Assembly: GCA_048213135.1 (NCBI GenBank)
Contig: PS015246.1
Span: 47,179-88,406 of the forward strand
DNA from: Reclinomonas americana ATCC 50394
Taxonomy: Eukaryota
Length of the DNA stretch: 41,228 nt
Reading direction: 5' to 3'
Both the position numbers and the translations under genes were made by a program. The first letter of the stretch is position 1, and every line of letters begins with the position of its first letter. The notes beneath the pieces were generated by a model. It worked only from the letters and a program-made list of their open reading frames with translations. It ran no database searches and was not told the origin of the DNA. This document shows, piece after piece, positions 13,231-26,177 of the stretch.

Positions 13231-15904
13231 CAGTGGGGCAGGAGAGCAGCTCTCCTCTTGTGTCACTCTCAAGCAGCATGCAGTGCTCGAGATTCTGACA
13301 TTCTCATGACACACACTCTATCTCTCTCTCTCTCACACACATATGCACAGAGAGTGAGAGAGAGAGAGAGAGCAGTGGGCAGGGAGAACAACTCTCCTCT
13401 TGTCTCACTCTCTTGCATGCACCCCTCGAGATTCTGACATTCTAATGACACACTCTGTCTCTTTCTCTCACACGCTCATGCACAGAGAGTGAGAGAGTGA
13501 GAGAGAGAGAGAGAGAGCAGAGGGCAGAGAGAACAACTCTCCTTTTTCTCACTCTCTTGCACGCTCTGCTCGAGATCATGACACACTCTGCTATCTCTCT
13601 CTCTCTCCCACTCACGTCCATACTGAGAGAGAGCACAGCCCTCCTCTTGTGTCTCCCTTCAGCATGCAGCACTTGTGATTCTCATATTCTTCCGTCTCTC
13701 GGGCTTGTCTCTCACTTCGTCTTCTCTTTTGTGCAGCTGGGCCGAGTTCACTCCACTCGCTGTCGAGGTACGCTCCCTCTCTCCCTCTTGTGTCTCTCCG
13801 CTCTTGCTCGTCGCTCACTTGCATGCTACAGTCGAAAGCCGCCAACCTTGGTCAGGGGTTTCCCGATTGGCGCACTCCAGGTCAGCCCCCTCTCCCATCT
13901 CTGTTCTCCCTCCTTTCCTGGTCTCTCCTTCTCTCCCCTTCTCTCTTCTACTGTCTCCTTCTCTCCCCCGCTCCTTCTCTCTTTCTCCTGTCCCCTTTTT
14001 CTTGCACTCATTCTCTTCCCTGCACTCTCCCTCTGTTCTCTGCTCCCGCTCTCTTCTTGTCGTATCTCCTTCTCTCTCCTTCCCTCTCCTTCCCTCTCCC
14101 CTTCTCTCCTTCTCTCTCCCCCCGTTCTTTGTTCTCTCTCACTTTGTGACTTCCGTTGCCCCTCCCTCTTCTCGCTCTCTCTCCCTCTCCCTTCCCCTCT
14201 CCCTCTCTCCCTCCTTTCCCTGTTCTCTGTCTCTCATTCTCCCCCTCCCCTCCCTATCCACAGACTTTGTGCGTCGCAACGTGGCCGAGGCCACCGAGAA
14301 GGACTTCAATCAGTACACCCGATCGTATGGCCACTTGCGTCTCGTCAATGTTCTGTCATGCCTTTCCCACCCCCCCCCTTTTGCTCTTTCCATCTCGCTC
14401 ACACACACAGCACGCACAGGCACTCGCCGCGCTGTACTCGCCGACCATGGGACGCACGCTGAATCCGCTCACCGAGATCACCGTCAGTGTGGGAGCGACG
14501 GGCGTCGGCTTCGCCACCATGCAGGGTCTGATCAACCCGGGCGACGAGGTGATTATCATGGAACCCTTCTTCGACACGTACCCGGCGCAAGTGAGCATGG
14601 CCGGTGGCGTGCCGGTGTATGTGCCGCTGCGCAAGCTCGGCAACACGGGAACGGCGGCCGATTGGGTGCTGCGTCGTGAGGACCTGGAGGCGGTGATTAC
14701 GCCGCGCACGAAGATGATCATGTTCAAGTTTCGCAGCACCTCATGACACGGCATGCCTCCCCAGTCGTCACTCAGCTCGTGTTGCACAGCACGCCACACA
14801 ATCCCACCGGCAAGGTGTTCTCCGTGGCCGAGATGACCGAGATCGCCGACGTGTGCAAGAAGCACAATCTGCTCGTGTTCTCCGACGAAGTCTACGACTA
14901 CATTGTTGCGTTGCTTGTCCACGCAAGGCTCTGCTGCTCTTCCCTGCTGCTGACCGTCAACGCCTGCAGCTGTTTGGCGACTCCAAGCACCACCACATCT
15001 CCTCGCTACCGGGCATGTGGGAGCGCACGCTCACCGTGTCGTCGGCGGGCAAGACGTTTTCGTGCACAGGTCTCTGCGTCTCCTTTGCTTACTTCTTCAT
15101 GGCGCGCTACCTGCTCACCCCCTGCATGCCAGGATTCAAGATCGGATGGGCCATTGGACCTGCCGATCTCGTGCACAGCGTCTTCCTGGCGAGCCAGTGG
15201 ATGTCGTTCTGTGTGGCCACTCCGCTGCAGGAGGCCATTGCGGTGAGCATCGAGCAGGCCATGGCATCGACGTACCTGACCGACCTGCGCGAGATGTACC
15301 GTGCGTCACGCATCCACGCGCGCAGCAATGTGTCGATCTGTGCTGAAACACTCTTTCCCATCACAGAAAAGAAGAATGACTTCCTGTACAGGACTCTCGA
15401 GGAGGCGGGATTGAAGCCACTGAAGAGCCACGGCACCTACTTCATCCTGGCCGACACATCGAGCGTGGGCGGTCAGTTCGCAGAGCACTTGGACAAGCTG
15501 CGCAAGGCCAAGGTGGAGTTCCGTCGCGACTACGGTGAGTGAGCGCACAACCCATCTGTTCATGCTCTCTATTTTTCGAAAACTCACAAGCCGTCTGCAG
15601 AGTTTGCGCGCTGGTGTGCTTCCCCTTCCCTCTCTTCCCTCCCCCACAGTGTCTTCTGCTGACAGACTGCACAGGTTGACACGCCACGTCCGAGTGGGAG
15701 CCATTCCGCCATCGGGTGCGCACCTCTTTGCCCACTCCCTCCCCTGTCCTCTTGTCACCTCACCTCCCTTTTCCCTTTCTGTGGACAGCCTTCTACTCCC
15801 CGGCCAACGCGCACCTCGCGCAAGACTACGCCCGCTTCTGCTTCTGCAAGCGCGACGAAGTGCTGGCCGAGGCGCGCTCTCGCCTGCTGGCCATGCCCAA
15901 GTGA
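13074..15904 (+). CDS. KYAT: Kynurenine/glutamine aminotransferase (class I PLP enzyme) with predicted mitochondrial presequence
   Basis: MLASRLLLSHCARRCVSTRSAR presequence; VWAEFT, AANLGQGFPD, NQYTRSYGH, EPFFDTY, FNTPHNPTGKV, FSDEVY, MWERTLTVSSAGKTFSCTGFKIGW (PLP lysine), ARFCFCK. Confidence 0.93.
13213..13690. repeat. Degenerate tandem repeat of about 140 bp (about 3.5 copies) in KYAT intron 1
   Basis: Recurring unit (GA)n-gcag-gggcag-gaga-ca-ctctcct-tt-tcactctc...ctcgagat(tctgacattct)-atgacacac-(CT)n, starting near 13225, 13368, 13514 and 13605. Confidence 0.8.
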
Positions 15905-16007
15905 AACCTTCACTCCCACAAAATGTACTACTCCAATCATGTTTTTTCACTCGCAAACTCTTTCTCTCTCTCTTTATCTCCCTCCCTGTCTTCCATCATG
16001 GGGGGGT

Positions 16008-17771
16008 TTAACCAACATGAGCATTCGGCAGTGAGGAGAGGAACGGTGCGCCGGCCGCAGAATCAATCGACCACCGGTGCGAGCCGTAGCGCGCAGCGGC
16101 GCCATCGTCCGTGTTCAAGCGCGGCAGCAGCTCCTTCAAGTGCTCCTCCTTGATCTTGTCGGGGGTGGCGCATGGCGGCTCGTCGAGGCCGACCACCTGC
16201 ACGCGGTCACCGGGCTTGGCGCCCGCTGGCGGCACCACCAGATCGACCACCGTGTGGTCCTCATTGGAGGCGCACAACACCATGCCGTGGCTGAACACGT
16301 TGCCGGGGCTGCAGGCAAGCAAGAAATGAGCACCACAACTCTGGCCAACAAATTGACATTCGTGAGCAACGCAACAATTTCCTCGGCTTGAGGTTGGCCA
16401 GCACGCAGACATACGAGCCATTGAGGCGGTCAATGGGCACGTGCTGCACGAGACCCGAGACAATGGTGCGCGGCTGACCCTCGCCCAGATCAATCTCCTC
16501 AATGTAGAGCTTGTCGGCGTTCGGATGGCGCTGCACCGAGCGAACGACACCGACACGAATGTCCAGCGTCTGGAACCCGAATGGCGCCGGAGCCGGCGGC
16601 GCACGCGCCGGCTTCTTCTCCTTCTCCGCGCGCTTGCCCTTCTCGCCACCAGCAGCGGCCGACGCCGATGCACCCTCACCCTCGTCGGGCTTCTCCTTCT
16701 TCTTGTTGGCCTTCGGGGCATCACCACCGGCAGCAGCGGCGGTAGCAGCAGCACCGGCCTTGCCGCCCTTCTTGCCCTCCGCGGCGCCCTTCTTGCCCGC
16801 CTTCTCACCACCCTCGGCAGCCGCCGGGGCGCCCTTCTTGCCACCTGCCGCCGCCGCTCCAGCCGCTGCAGTGCGGGNNNNNNNNNNNNNNNNNNNNTGG
16901 TCGACGACGACGACGAGGCAGAGCCAGAGCCCGAGCCCGAGCCCGAGCCACCAATCTCCGAGGCCCATTCGCGCAACAGCGCCGCATACTTGCCCTCCTC
17001 CACATCCAACGCCGGCGCGCCACTGGCCGCACGCTCCGCCACCGACTCGGCCTTGTATCCCTGATTGCGCAGCACAAAATCGTGCCAGCGGACAAGCGCC
17101 GGCACCGACACCAAAAACGCCGTCTCCGCACGCACCAACACCGGCGTCAAGTGCGCAAACAGACACGCATCGGCGGCCGAGAATGCATCGCCGACGACAA
17201 ACAACCGCGACGTCATGTACGCATTCAACTGGAACAGAATCGCGCGCAAATGCAGCACATCATCGGTCTCCGCGTGCGACAAATCCAGTGTGCACACGGA
17301 GAAGATCTCGGCGACCTTGGCCTGTCGCGCAGCGTCCGCCGCGCACAGCAACGCGGCAGCAACGTCGGCGTTGCTGGCCGACGCTGCCAGCAAGCGCAGG
17401 ACAGGGAAAGCGCCGCGAATTGGGGAGTGCTGGCGGCCATTGACGGCCTCGATGGCGGGGAAGTCGCCCGGCGAAGAGGCGTATGAGGAAGGCTGTGAAA
17501 AAAAAATGATCAAATGTGAGGGGTGGTCATTCACTTTTTTGTGGGTGNNNNNNNNNNNNNNNNNNNNNNNNNNNNNNNNNNNNAGGTTGCTGCTGTTGTC
17601 TTCTCTCTTGTGTGTGTGTGCGTGTGTGTGCATGTGTTTGTGTGTGTGTTTGCTTGTGTGTGCACGCACCACGTCGACAATGTCCAATCCGGGCACATTC
17701 AGGCCACTGGGAGACAAGGCGAGGAGGCGAATGGTCTCCGAGGCCGGTGACGAGTCGAGCAGCAAACGCAT
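16008..17771 (-). CDS. Arc1/AIMP1-like aminoacyl-tRNA synthetase cofactor: GST-C-like domain, K/A-rich linker, tRNA-binding OB fold
   Basis: [30 protein letters not shown] (GST-C like); [71 protein letters not shown] (tRNA_bind/EMAP II domain). Confidence 0.88.
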   Translation of the reverse strand: MRLLLDSSPASETIRLLALSPSGLNVPGLDIVDVVRAHTSKHTHKHMHTHAHTHKREDNSSNXXXXXXXXXXXXXTHKKVNDHPSHLIIFFSQPSSYASSPGDFPAIEAVNGRQHSPIRGAFPVLRLLAASASNADVAAALLCAADAARQAKVAEIFSVCTLDLSHAETDDVLHLRAILFQLNAYMTSRLFVVGDAFSAADACLFAHLTPVLVRAETAFLVSVPALVRWHDFVLRNQGYKAESVAERAASGAPALDVEEGKYAALLREWASEIGGSGSGSGSGSASSSSSTXXXXXXXPALQRLERRRQVARRAPRRLPRVVRRRARRAPRRARRAARPVLLLPPLLPVVMPRRPTRRRRSPTRVRVHRRRPLLVARRASARRRRRSRRVRRRLRRHSGSRRWTFVSVSFARCSAIRTPTSSTLRRLIWARVSRAPLSRVSCSTCPLTASMARMSACWPTSSRGNCCVAHECQFVGQSCGAHFLLACSPGNVFSHGMVLCASNEDHTVVDLVVPPAGAKPGDRVQVVGLDEPPCATPDKIKEEHLKELLPRLNTDDGAAARYGSHRWSIDSAAGAPFLSSLPNAHVG

Positions 17772-18319
17772 GTTTGGTGTGTGTGTGAGATGGCGACAAC
17801 TCGCACTGTGGCTTGCAAAAGTGAAGTGATTTGCCTGTGTCAGTCGATTGGTGGACCTGTGAACATCACTCACACAGCAAAAGGTGCGTGTGTGTGGGTC
17901 GAGTCACAGCTGCTTGTGTGGGTCTGTGTGTGAGGAGTGCAGTCGTTGCTGTTGTTGTGTGCGCGCCTGTGTGTGTCTGTGTGTGCCTGCGGGTCATTGC
18001 CATGCACCATGGTTGTTTCCTCACACACACACGCACTCGTGCACACATACGGCATGCTGGTGTATGTGATGCGTCTGTGCATAAGCGGAGGAGACAGTGT
18101 GACATGCACGAATGCATGCGCGCGCGTGTCTGTGTGTTTGAGAGAGAGAGAGCGAGAGAGCGCGCCATGTGATGGTCTTCTCTGCCTGCCTCTCTCCACT
18201 CCCCTTCTCTCTCCCAGTTCCTCTGCGCCCTTTACTCTGTGATTTGCACACGCGCATGCTCGCCTGTCGATATTTTTGACATCAAACTGATTCAGTCATT
18301 GCATCACACACACAGAGCC

Positions 18320-18769
18320 ATGGAGATCTCGCAGTTGTTGCAGGCCGAGCAGGCGGTCAAGGACCAGATTGAGCGTGCACGACGCGGTCTGTGAGACTGC
18401 ACTTGCTCTCTCCTCCACCAGCCTCTCATGTCTTCTTGCGACACAGACAAGGTGACGTGCATTCGTGAGGCGCAAGACGCTGCGGAGCGTGAGTTGCGGG
18501 AGCACCAGAGGACACTGGAGGCGCGCCTGCTGGAGAAGGAGCGGAGCGTTGCGTCTCTCTGCCTCCCACGCTCGCTCTCTTCTGCTTCTGCTTCTGCTCA
18601 CACGCATGTTGCCATCTTGCAGATGAAGGGCACGGGAGTGGAGTTCTCGCGCAGGCTGGCACAAACGACACAATTGGATCTGCAGAAGCTGCAGACCGAC
18701 TTCTCACAGCACAAGAACAAGGTGGTGCAGGAGATCTTGCAAGCCGTCACCGCTGTCAAGTTTGCTTGA
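18320..18769 (+). CDS. ATP6V1G: V-type proton ATPase subunit G
   Basis: MEISQLLQAEQAVKDQIERARRD|KVTCIREAQDAAERELREHQ...|MKG...FSQHKNKVVQEILQAVTAVK; two introns; the IxQLLxAE and NKxxVV..L..V motifs fit V-ATPase G. Confidence 0.85.
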
Positions 18770-18929
18770 AATACTCTTTTTCCCCCCTTCTCCAGTTGTT
18801 TTTTTATCTCGTTTCTTCTTCTTGCTCTTGCTCTTGCGTCAAGTACAGGAGGATATCTTTTTGTTTGTGTATGTGTTGTTTTACTTCCATGTGGCGAGGG
18901 TGGAGGCAGGCGCGCTTGCCGGAAGCACC

Positions 18930-21900
18930 TCATGTGTCGGGATCCTCGAACGCCAGCAGGTCTTCGGCGAATGACTTGCCGGTGAACTTGTCCTCCAGGT
19001 CGTACTCGGTGATCTTCTCTTCGCCCATCAGCAGGGCGAGGCACTGATTCAGTTCCTCGGTGCTCACCACCTCACCTGTGCGCGCGTGGAGTGGATGGAC
19101 AGTGGTGATGAGTTTTTTCTGCTCTCCCTTGCTCCCTTCCCTCTCTCCCTCTCCTCACCAATGGTCTTGAGGGTGCCAAACAGCGCGTCGCGCTCAATGA
19201 CGCCCTTTTGCGCGCCGAGCGTGTCCACTGCACGCTCGATCTCGCGCTTGCCGAGACCAAACACTGGTCGGTGATTGACGTACACTGCATGCAGAAAGAC
19301 GGAAGTGAGCAAGCTTTCAGCTCTCTTCATCCCTCCCCGTGCCTCCACGCAACATTTCAAAAACGTGGCAAAGTCGATCTCGCGCACATCCGGACCCATC
19401 TCGTGCTCCAGCTCGCTCTGAATGTCGGCCATTTCGTGCTCGGACGGGTAGAAACCGAGCGAGCGCATCATGTCCGCAATCTGGAAGGCGCCAATCTTGC
19501 CCGTGATGCGACGTGGTGATGTGGAGAACTCGCCCTGCCGCTTGATCTGCGCATAGTAAAAGTAGTTGTTCATCTCCGAGAAGAAGCTGCCCTTCTTGCC
19601 GCCCTCCACCAGCTCGATGAATGGGTCGACACCGGTGCTGGCATCGGCCACCGTGTCCAACGCGTCCGTGTTCAGCAACCACTGATTGACGGCAAAGTCG
19701 GTGCCGCCGGCCGTGAACACATATCGCCCGTCGTGTGAGCACACAATCGACGACACCTCGCCCGAGTGCGCAATGAGGCCCATGGCGTGCGCCGGATTGC
19801 CGTCGATTGGGAACTTGACGAGACCGACGACTTTCGAGTGTGTGCTGTAGACGAGGTACTTGGTGCCGCGGTGTTCGTTCTCGATCACGTGCATTCTGCA
19901 ACACACACACACACACACACATGTGAGAAATGGAGGTAACAGTTATGTACGTGCACAAAAATGACGAGGTGCGCACCGGTTGACGGGGCCACCAAACGTC
20001 GGTCCGAGCACAGTCTTGTAGCAGGCGTGCGATCCGTCGTCCGCAGGCAGAAGTGAGAACAGCCGCAGTTTGTACATATTATTGGCTGTCCACACGCCCT
20101 CTTGCGTGACCACCAGCGCCGTTGGGCAGGCCACTTGCTCCAATCGTGTCACATTCTGTGCAACAACAAGATGAGCACTGACTCTCCTCTCTTGACCACA
20201 ATCACCACTCGCGACTCACCAGCAACTGAATGCCGTCGACAATGCAGCTGTGCTGCAAATCGTACTCCACCATCAAGTGATCCTCGCCGACCGACAGCAG
20301 GCGCGGTACCGACGAGCCGGGCATCGGTGGCGCAAATTGGAGGCCAGTGATGGCCTTTGAGTGTGCGCGATACCGTCCCAAGTACACCCACTCAATCACA
20401 CCCTTTGATGGCATCTCATCACGATGCGTCCACTTGTAGATGCCCACACATCTGTGCGCGGAGAGCGGCAAGTGAGCACGACATGGAGGAGAGAGCCGGG
20501 AGAGAGTTGCACACCTCTCCGCATCCGACGTGGCAAAGTAGTCGCCGCCCGGTGCAAACACAATGTCCACGATGCACTCCTTCGCGAATCGGAACGACTG
20601 CATCTCCTCCAGTGATTGTGCGTGCAAGATCTTTAGTACTCCATTCGTGAACCCCACAGCTGCATTCACTACGTCAGTCGACGGCGTAGCACACCAACTG
20701 CATCGGCAGCACACACTCACCGAGGTAGGAGCCAGTGGGATCAAAGCACACGCTGTGCGCCATGAGATTGTTGAAGACGGTGACCAGCAGCAGCTTCTTC
20801 TCCAAGTAGTCCCACAGATGCAAGTGACCCGAGTAGCCGGCCACGGCCAGTCGTGGCTGGAACGGATGCGCACCCAGTGCCTGGATAGGTGCTTCCTGGC
20901 CTTGTGTGAGCATGATGCCCTTTCGATGCTGAGGTGCGAGAGAGGGGAAGAGAGGGGAGATCAGCACTTGTCGATCAAAGACAGAATCAACGATTGCCTC
21001 ACCTCTGACGTTGGATCCTCGAATGTGCTGCTGTCGATCGCGACAATCAATGCACTGCTGGTGCCCACAATGAAATTCGGGGCCAGGAACATGTCGTCGT
21101 CGGCCTTGCCCAACAGACCTGATTCACCGCACCGCTGGTGAGCAAAAAAAGTGGTCTTCTCAACAAGCATCATCCCACACACGAACCAGCGGCAAAATCA
21201 TCATTGCGATCAAACGAGATGGAGGTGACGGGACCGCCATTGACCTCCTCGAACCAGGCGAGAATGCGGAACTGAAAGTCGAAGAAGCGCACGTGTCCGT
21301 CGGCACCACCCGTCACCAGATAGTTGCCGAGACACATCAAAAACGTGACGGCCGAGTCGTGAACTCGCACAATCTTCGTGGCCTTCTTGTCGGTCTTCTT
21401 CACTTCGGACGACGTGGATATTACTTGGTCCCACATCATCAAGTCGCCGTCGGTGGTGGCCGACACGGCAAAGTCGGTCTTCGACAAGAACACAGTCTGC
21501 GTAAACTTGCCGACCTTTTGCCGAAAGTCCCTGCACACGCAGAGCGAGTGAGTGAGTGTGTGCGCGGAGAGTGAGTGAAAGGGAGTGAAAGGGAGAGGCG
21601 GCGACGCACTTGGTGGAGATCGGTGGCGCAAAGAACTTGAGTGTGCCCTCCTCCCAGCTCCAGAACACCACACGCACGTCGCCATTGGTAACCAGCAAGT
21701 GCTCGTCGTCGGGGTGGAACTTGACACACGTCTGCATGTCGTCGACGGGAATCGGCTGCGTGTACATCGGCGTCTCCCGATCCGACGTCCACTCCCACAC
21801 ACACATGCGCTGCGGCTGATCGCCACCCAGCGTGGCCAAAAAGGTCGCGTCCGGCGAGATGTCAATCGCCACCGCCCCACCATACTCTTCAATCTCCAGC

Positions 21901-22919
21901 GTCTTAACCGGCACGCCCGTCAGCGAGTCCCACACGACCACCATTGCATTCTCGCCGTAGTCCACCGTGGCCAGAAATCGCTTGTCTGCACTCACGCACG
22001 CCGCGGTGATGTTGTTGCGCTGTTCCCCGCAGACGTGAGCGACAATGAGACTCGTTCATGGGAGAGACGCTGACGCAACATGTCCCTGCAGAAGGATCTG
22101 CTGATTGTTGGCCATGTCGTACACGATGCCGGCGTTGCCGGCGGGGAAGAAGTATGCCTGTCGATGCGGTGAGAAAAAGAAGCGAAGGGAGCGATCTTCT
22201 GTTGAACGACGAGACCACGGAAGGCAGATGCACATCACAGCCTCGAGTACGCAGACAAGGAAGGCACGCAAGCAGGTGCACTCTCATCGCTGCTCAGCCC
22301 GTCTCATAGCCACAGAAACGCATGACTTCTCCGCCTCTCAGCCCCCCCCTCTGCCTCTCCCTCATCGCTCCTCTGCCTGCCTCGCACAAGACACCCCGGT
22401 GTCGCACTCAGACGATGTCTGTGCCTCTCAGCCTCCCCCATCAGCATCGCGTGCAGCCGAGGAGAAACAGGTGCACTCTCTCTCTCATCGGCCCTCTGCC
22501 TGCTTCACACAGACACAGAAACGCAACACTTCTCCGCCTCTCTGCCTCACTCCTTCCCCCTGACAGCCCCACACACTCAGCGTCACGCACACTGGCGAAG
22601 ACAACACGATCAATGCACGTTGATATCACAATCACTCTTTCCTCCGCCTTTCCGCCCCCCTCTCTCCCTATCCCTCCCTCCGCCTCTCCCTCTCGCTTCA
22701 CCTCCCACGCACCTTCCGCGTATCATCAGAGAGATTGAGCACGCCACCCACCAGATCCTTACTGAATCCATACACCCACTCCAGCGACATCGCCTCAGCA
22801 GGCGCCGCGCCCGCCAGCGCCTCACTACCGCCCAGACCGCGCGAAGACGTGGCCGCAGAAGCCATACTGTGCTCGTGCGCGACCAAAGTCACTTCAAGGT
22901 GTTCAACTGACGGCATCAT
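18930..22919 (-). CDS. CFAP251: Cilia- and flagella-associated protein 251 (WD40 plus C-terminal EF-hand-like region)
   Basis: MSLEWVYGFSK, QILLQGH, VVWDSLTGVPVKT, VTGGADGHVRFFDFQFRILAWFE, WVYLGRYRAHSK, YKTVLGPTFGGP, PIDGNP..MGLIAHSGEV, YFYYAQIKRQG, MRSLGFYPSEHE, LYVNHRP; about 10 GT-AG introns. Confidence 0.92.
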
Positions 22920-23043
22920 CCATTGACCGGTCGGAGTGTCGAATCGCGATCAAAGTCAGTGTCCCCGACGCGCGCGCGCTCTCTCAGCCGACGAGGCCAC
23001 TCATAAAGAGAGCGGGTGGAGCAGAGGCAAAGAGCGTGCAAGA

Positions 23044-24954
23044 ATGACATGGGCAGAACGCACCATTGTCAATGTCATCTTCTTTGCGGAGTTCATCTTG
23101 GTCGCCCTTGTCTCGGCGTGGTACCTCCGGTTAATGTACTGTTGCGTCACACACAACACTCCCCTCTCCTTGCTCTCCCGCGCACACACACTCTGCGTCG
23201 CTGTTGCTGAGAATTTCCTTGCTTGCTTGCTTGCTTCAGCATGGAGGAAATTGTTCTCGCGGGAGCACTTTGAGACGCTCATCCTCTTCCCGTGGATATT
23301 ATTCGGCGGTTCACTCGGTCAGTCACGCATGCACCAGTCTCGTCAATGCTCATGACAGTGACGAGATTTCTTCTCGCAGGCGTCTCTGTGTTTTACCCGA
23401 TCAATCATTTCGTGTTCCGCGTAGACCAGTCGGTTCCGCTCGGCTTGCAGCTGGTGACGCTGTTTGTGCCACTGTTGGTGTTCCGCTCCGCGTTTCTGCT
23501 CGTTGTCTTCTTCTGGTGCGTCCACTCCGCTCACCTTCCTNNNNNNNNNNNNNNNNNNNNNNNNNNNNNNNNNNNNNNNNNNNNNNNNNNNNNNNNNNNN
23601 NNNNNNNNNNNNNNNNNNNNNNNNNNNNNNNNNNNNNNNNNNNNNNNNNNNNNNNNNNNNNNNNNNNNNNNNNNNNNNNNNNNNNNNNNNNNNNNNNNNN
23701 NNNNNNNNNNNNNNNNNNNNNNNNNNNNNNNNNNNNNNNNNNNNNNNNNNNNNNNNNNNNNNNNNNNNNNNNNNNNNNNNNNNNNNNNNNNNNNNNNNNN
23801 NNNNNNNNNNNNNNNNNNNNNNNNNNNNNNNNNNNNNNNNNACGCCTCGAGGGTCACAAAGCTGAGCACGTTGGCCGTCATGGCGCACACGGTGACGATG
23901 GTGATGCCGCGAATGCGATGCACAAACTGCAGCAGGTCGGGTGGTGTGTTGAAAAAGGCCAGCCGCGCAAAGTCACGCATGACAGCCGATCGCATTCTGC
24001 ATGTTTCCCCCACGCGTCATGAGGCAAGGAAGAGAGTGTGAGAGAGGCGTGTGACGAGTGCTCAACTTGAGGAAGCCAATGACGGTGAGGATGTTGACGA
24101 GAGGCATGAACACGACAAAATTGCCAATCTCGAGAAAATCATTGCGCACATTGGCCACCAGCAGGCACGCCATCATGGTTCCATACAGAAACAGCAGCGA
24201 GAAAACCGCCAGCCAGAACATGCGCCGCATGTACACCGGCAGCAGCAGCGCTCCCAGCTCCATCCACTTCAATTCAATGTGTAATTGTTTCCTGCGCGGA
24301 CGATCAGTGGTCGGAAGCGNNNNNNNNNNNNNNNNNNNNNNNNNNNNNNNNNNNNNNNNNNNNNNNNNNNNNNNNNNNNNNNNNNNNNNNNNNNNNNNNN
24401 NNNNNNNNNNNNNNNNNNNNNNNNNNNNNNNNNNNNNNNNNNNNNNNNNNNNNNNNNNNNNNNNNNNNNNNNNNNNNNNNNNNNNNNNNNNNNNNNNNNN
24501 NNNNNNNNNNNNNNNNNNNNNNNNNNNNNNNNNNNNNNNNNNNNNNNNNNNNNNNNNNNNNNNNNNNNNACTACCAGGTCGTCGGCGCAACGTCGGCGCG
24601 CGGCACACAGGAGCTGGCGCGCCTGGTGATTTCCTCGTTCACCGATGTGTTGCCGGCGCTGTGGATTCAGGCCGTGCTGCTACAAAGGCCGAGCGACAGC
24701 TGTTGCGTACACGCACGCTCTTGAGGGTTTGTGGTCGTGGTGATGAGTCTCACACTCGCTTCACAGTCGCCGGCGCCTCTTCGCTCGGTTCGTGGCTGTC
24801 AAAGATCGACGGAGCGCACGATGCGGTGTACGGTGGTCGCGATCCCATCCCCGCCAAGTTTGTACCACCACCGCCGCTGTCACAACCGCTGCCACCACCG
24901 CCAGCAAGGCGGACCACGAGTCAGCGGTCGGTGCGCTTCATGGAGCCGAAATGA
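23044..24954 (+). CDS. Multi-pass (possibly 7-TM) membrane protein, interrupted by gaps; middle part appears inverted in the assembly
   Basis: Plus-strand exons MTWAERTIVNVIFFAEFILVALVSAWYLRLMY|SWRKL...LLVVFFW and a Pro-rich tail ending RSVRFMEPK*. The gap-bounded piece 23842-24319 encodes further TM helices on the minus strand. Confidence 0.55.
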
Positions 24955-25289
24955 TAATGAAAACATAATGTCCACTCTGTCACACACAGCTAACTAGTTG
25001 CTGTCAGCGTTCGCGTCGTCTCTCTTTCTCTTCTCCCCTCTCCTGCTGTCGCAGCCGCTGCCACCACTGCCAGCAACGAGTCAGCGGTCGGTGCGCTTCA
25101 TGGAGCCGAAATGATAATGTCCACCCACACACCAACACCGCCTCCTCATAACTAACTAGTTGTTGTTGTCGTTTACACGAATAATGTCAGCGTTCGCGTC
25201 GTCTCTCTCTCTTCCTCCCTCCCTCCCTCTACACCTCATCCCCGCCTCTAAAAACAGCACGCAAGAGAAAAAACACTCGCACTCACGCC

Positions 25290-26098
25290 TCACTGCTTCT
25301 TGGCACGCACGACGCCAACGTCGGCGGGCCTCAATACTCGGTCGTGCAGCATGTAGCCTGGCTTGGCCACCTGCGCCACATGACCGGGTTCCACCTGCGG
25401 ATGCTCCAACTGGAAGAGCGCATTGTGTCGCGTCGGATCAAACTTCTCGCCAGCCGGCGGTGAAAACTTGACAATGCCATGCGCCTCAAACACACGCAGC
25501 ATCTCCCGCTCCGTCATGGCGACTCCATCGCACAGCTGCGACAGGTGAGCATTCGCTCCACGAGACTCGCTCGGAATGCTCTCCAGTGCACGACTCAAAT
25601 TGTCGGCCACCTGCACATGCACAATACGGAGGCGAGTGAGGTGCACGACAGTGCATGCACGCAGTGTGCGCACGCAACATCAAGCAGGCGCTGCGCAAAC
25701 TTGGTCAGCGCAAACTTCTTGGCTCCGTCAATCTCAATCTCCGCTCGTCGTCGCACATGCTTCATCTCATTCTCCTGATCGGCGTACGCGCGCAACAGCA
25801 CATCGTTGCGCTTTGTCAGCTCGCTCAACTTGCTCTCCAGCTCTGCGCACATGAAAAAAGATTCAGTCATCATCATCACAGATGCATGCATGCATCGAGA
25901 AGACGCACCGCGGTACTTTTCCACGGGCACCTGTGTGACCTCCTGCGCCTTCTCAGCTGCCGGAGTCGCCTCTGCTGCAGCAGCTGCACCATTGGTCGTC
26001 GATGATGATTCCGTCGACAGTGCGCGCATCATTGACACGCTCACACTGCGACGCGGCACTGCGTAGCACACACGACGAACAGTCGACAGCAACAGCAT
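25290..26098 (-). CDS. GRPE: Mitochondrial GrpE nucleotide-exchange factor (Mge1/GRPEL)
   Basis: Arg/Ser-rich presequence; LLRAYADQENEMKHVRRR..AKKFALTKFAQRLLD|VADNLSRAL, GVAMTE, FDPTRHNALF, GYMLHDRVLRPADVGV. Confidence 0.95.
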
Positions 26099-26177
26099 CT
26101 TTCACTCGCGCTTGCACACACACAAGTTTCGATGGAGACGAGTCGACGGACATGTTCACACCGACTTCTCACTTCAA

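Noticed and set aside
13213-13690. CRISPR-like array
   Set aside because: Eukaryotic intron, whole units are repeated with no unique spacers, and no cas genes are present.
13497-14679. ORFs of over 300 aa rich in S/L/P
   Set aside because: Read-through of the CT-rich KYAT intron (about 13881-14262); the real exons are short and in different frames.
17780-18300. Short ORFs between the Arc1-like and V-ATPase G genes (likewise 32730-33480)
   Set aside because: (TG)n/(CA)n-rich divergent intergenic DNA with no recognisable coding signal.
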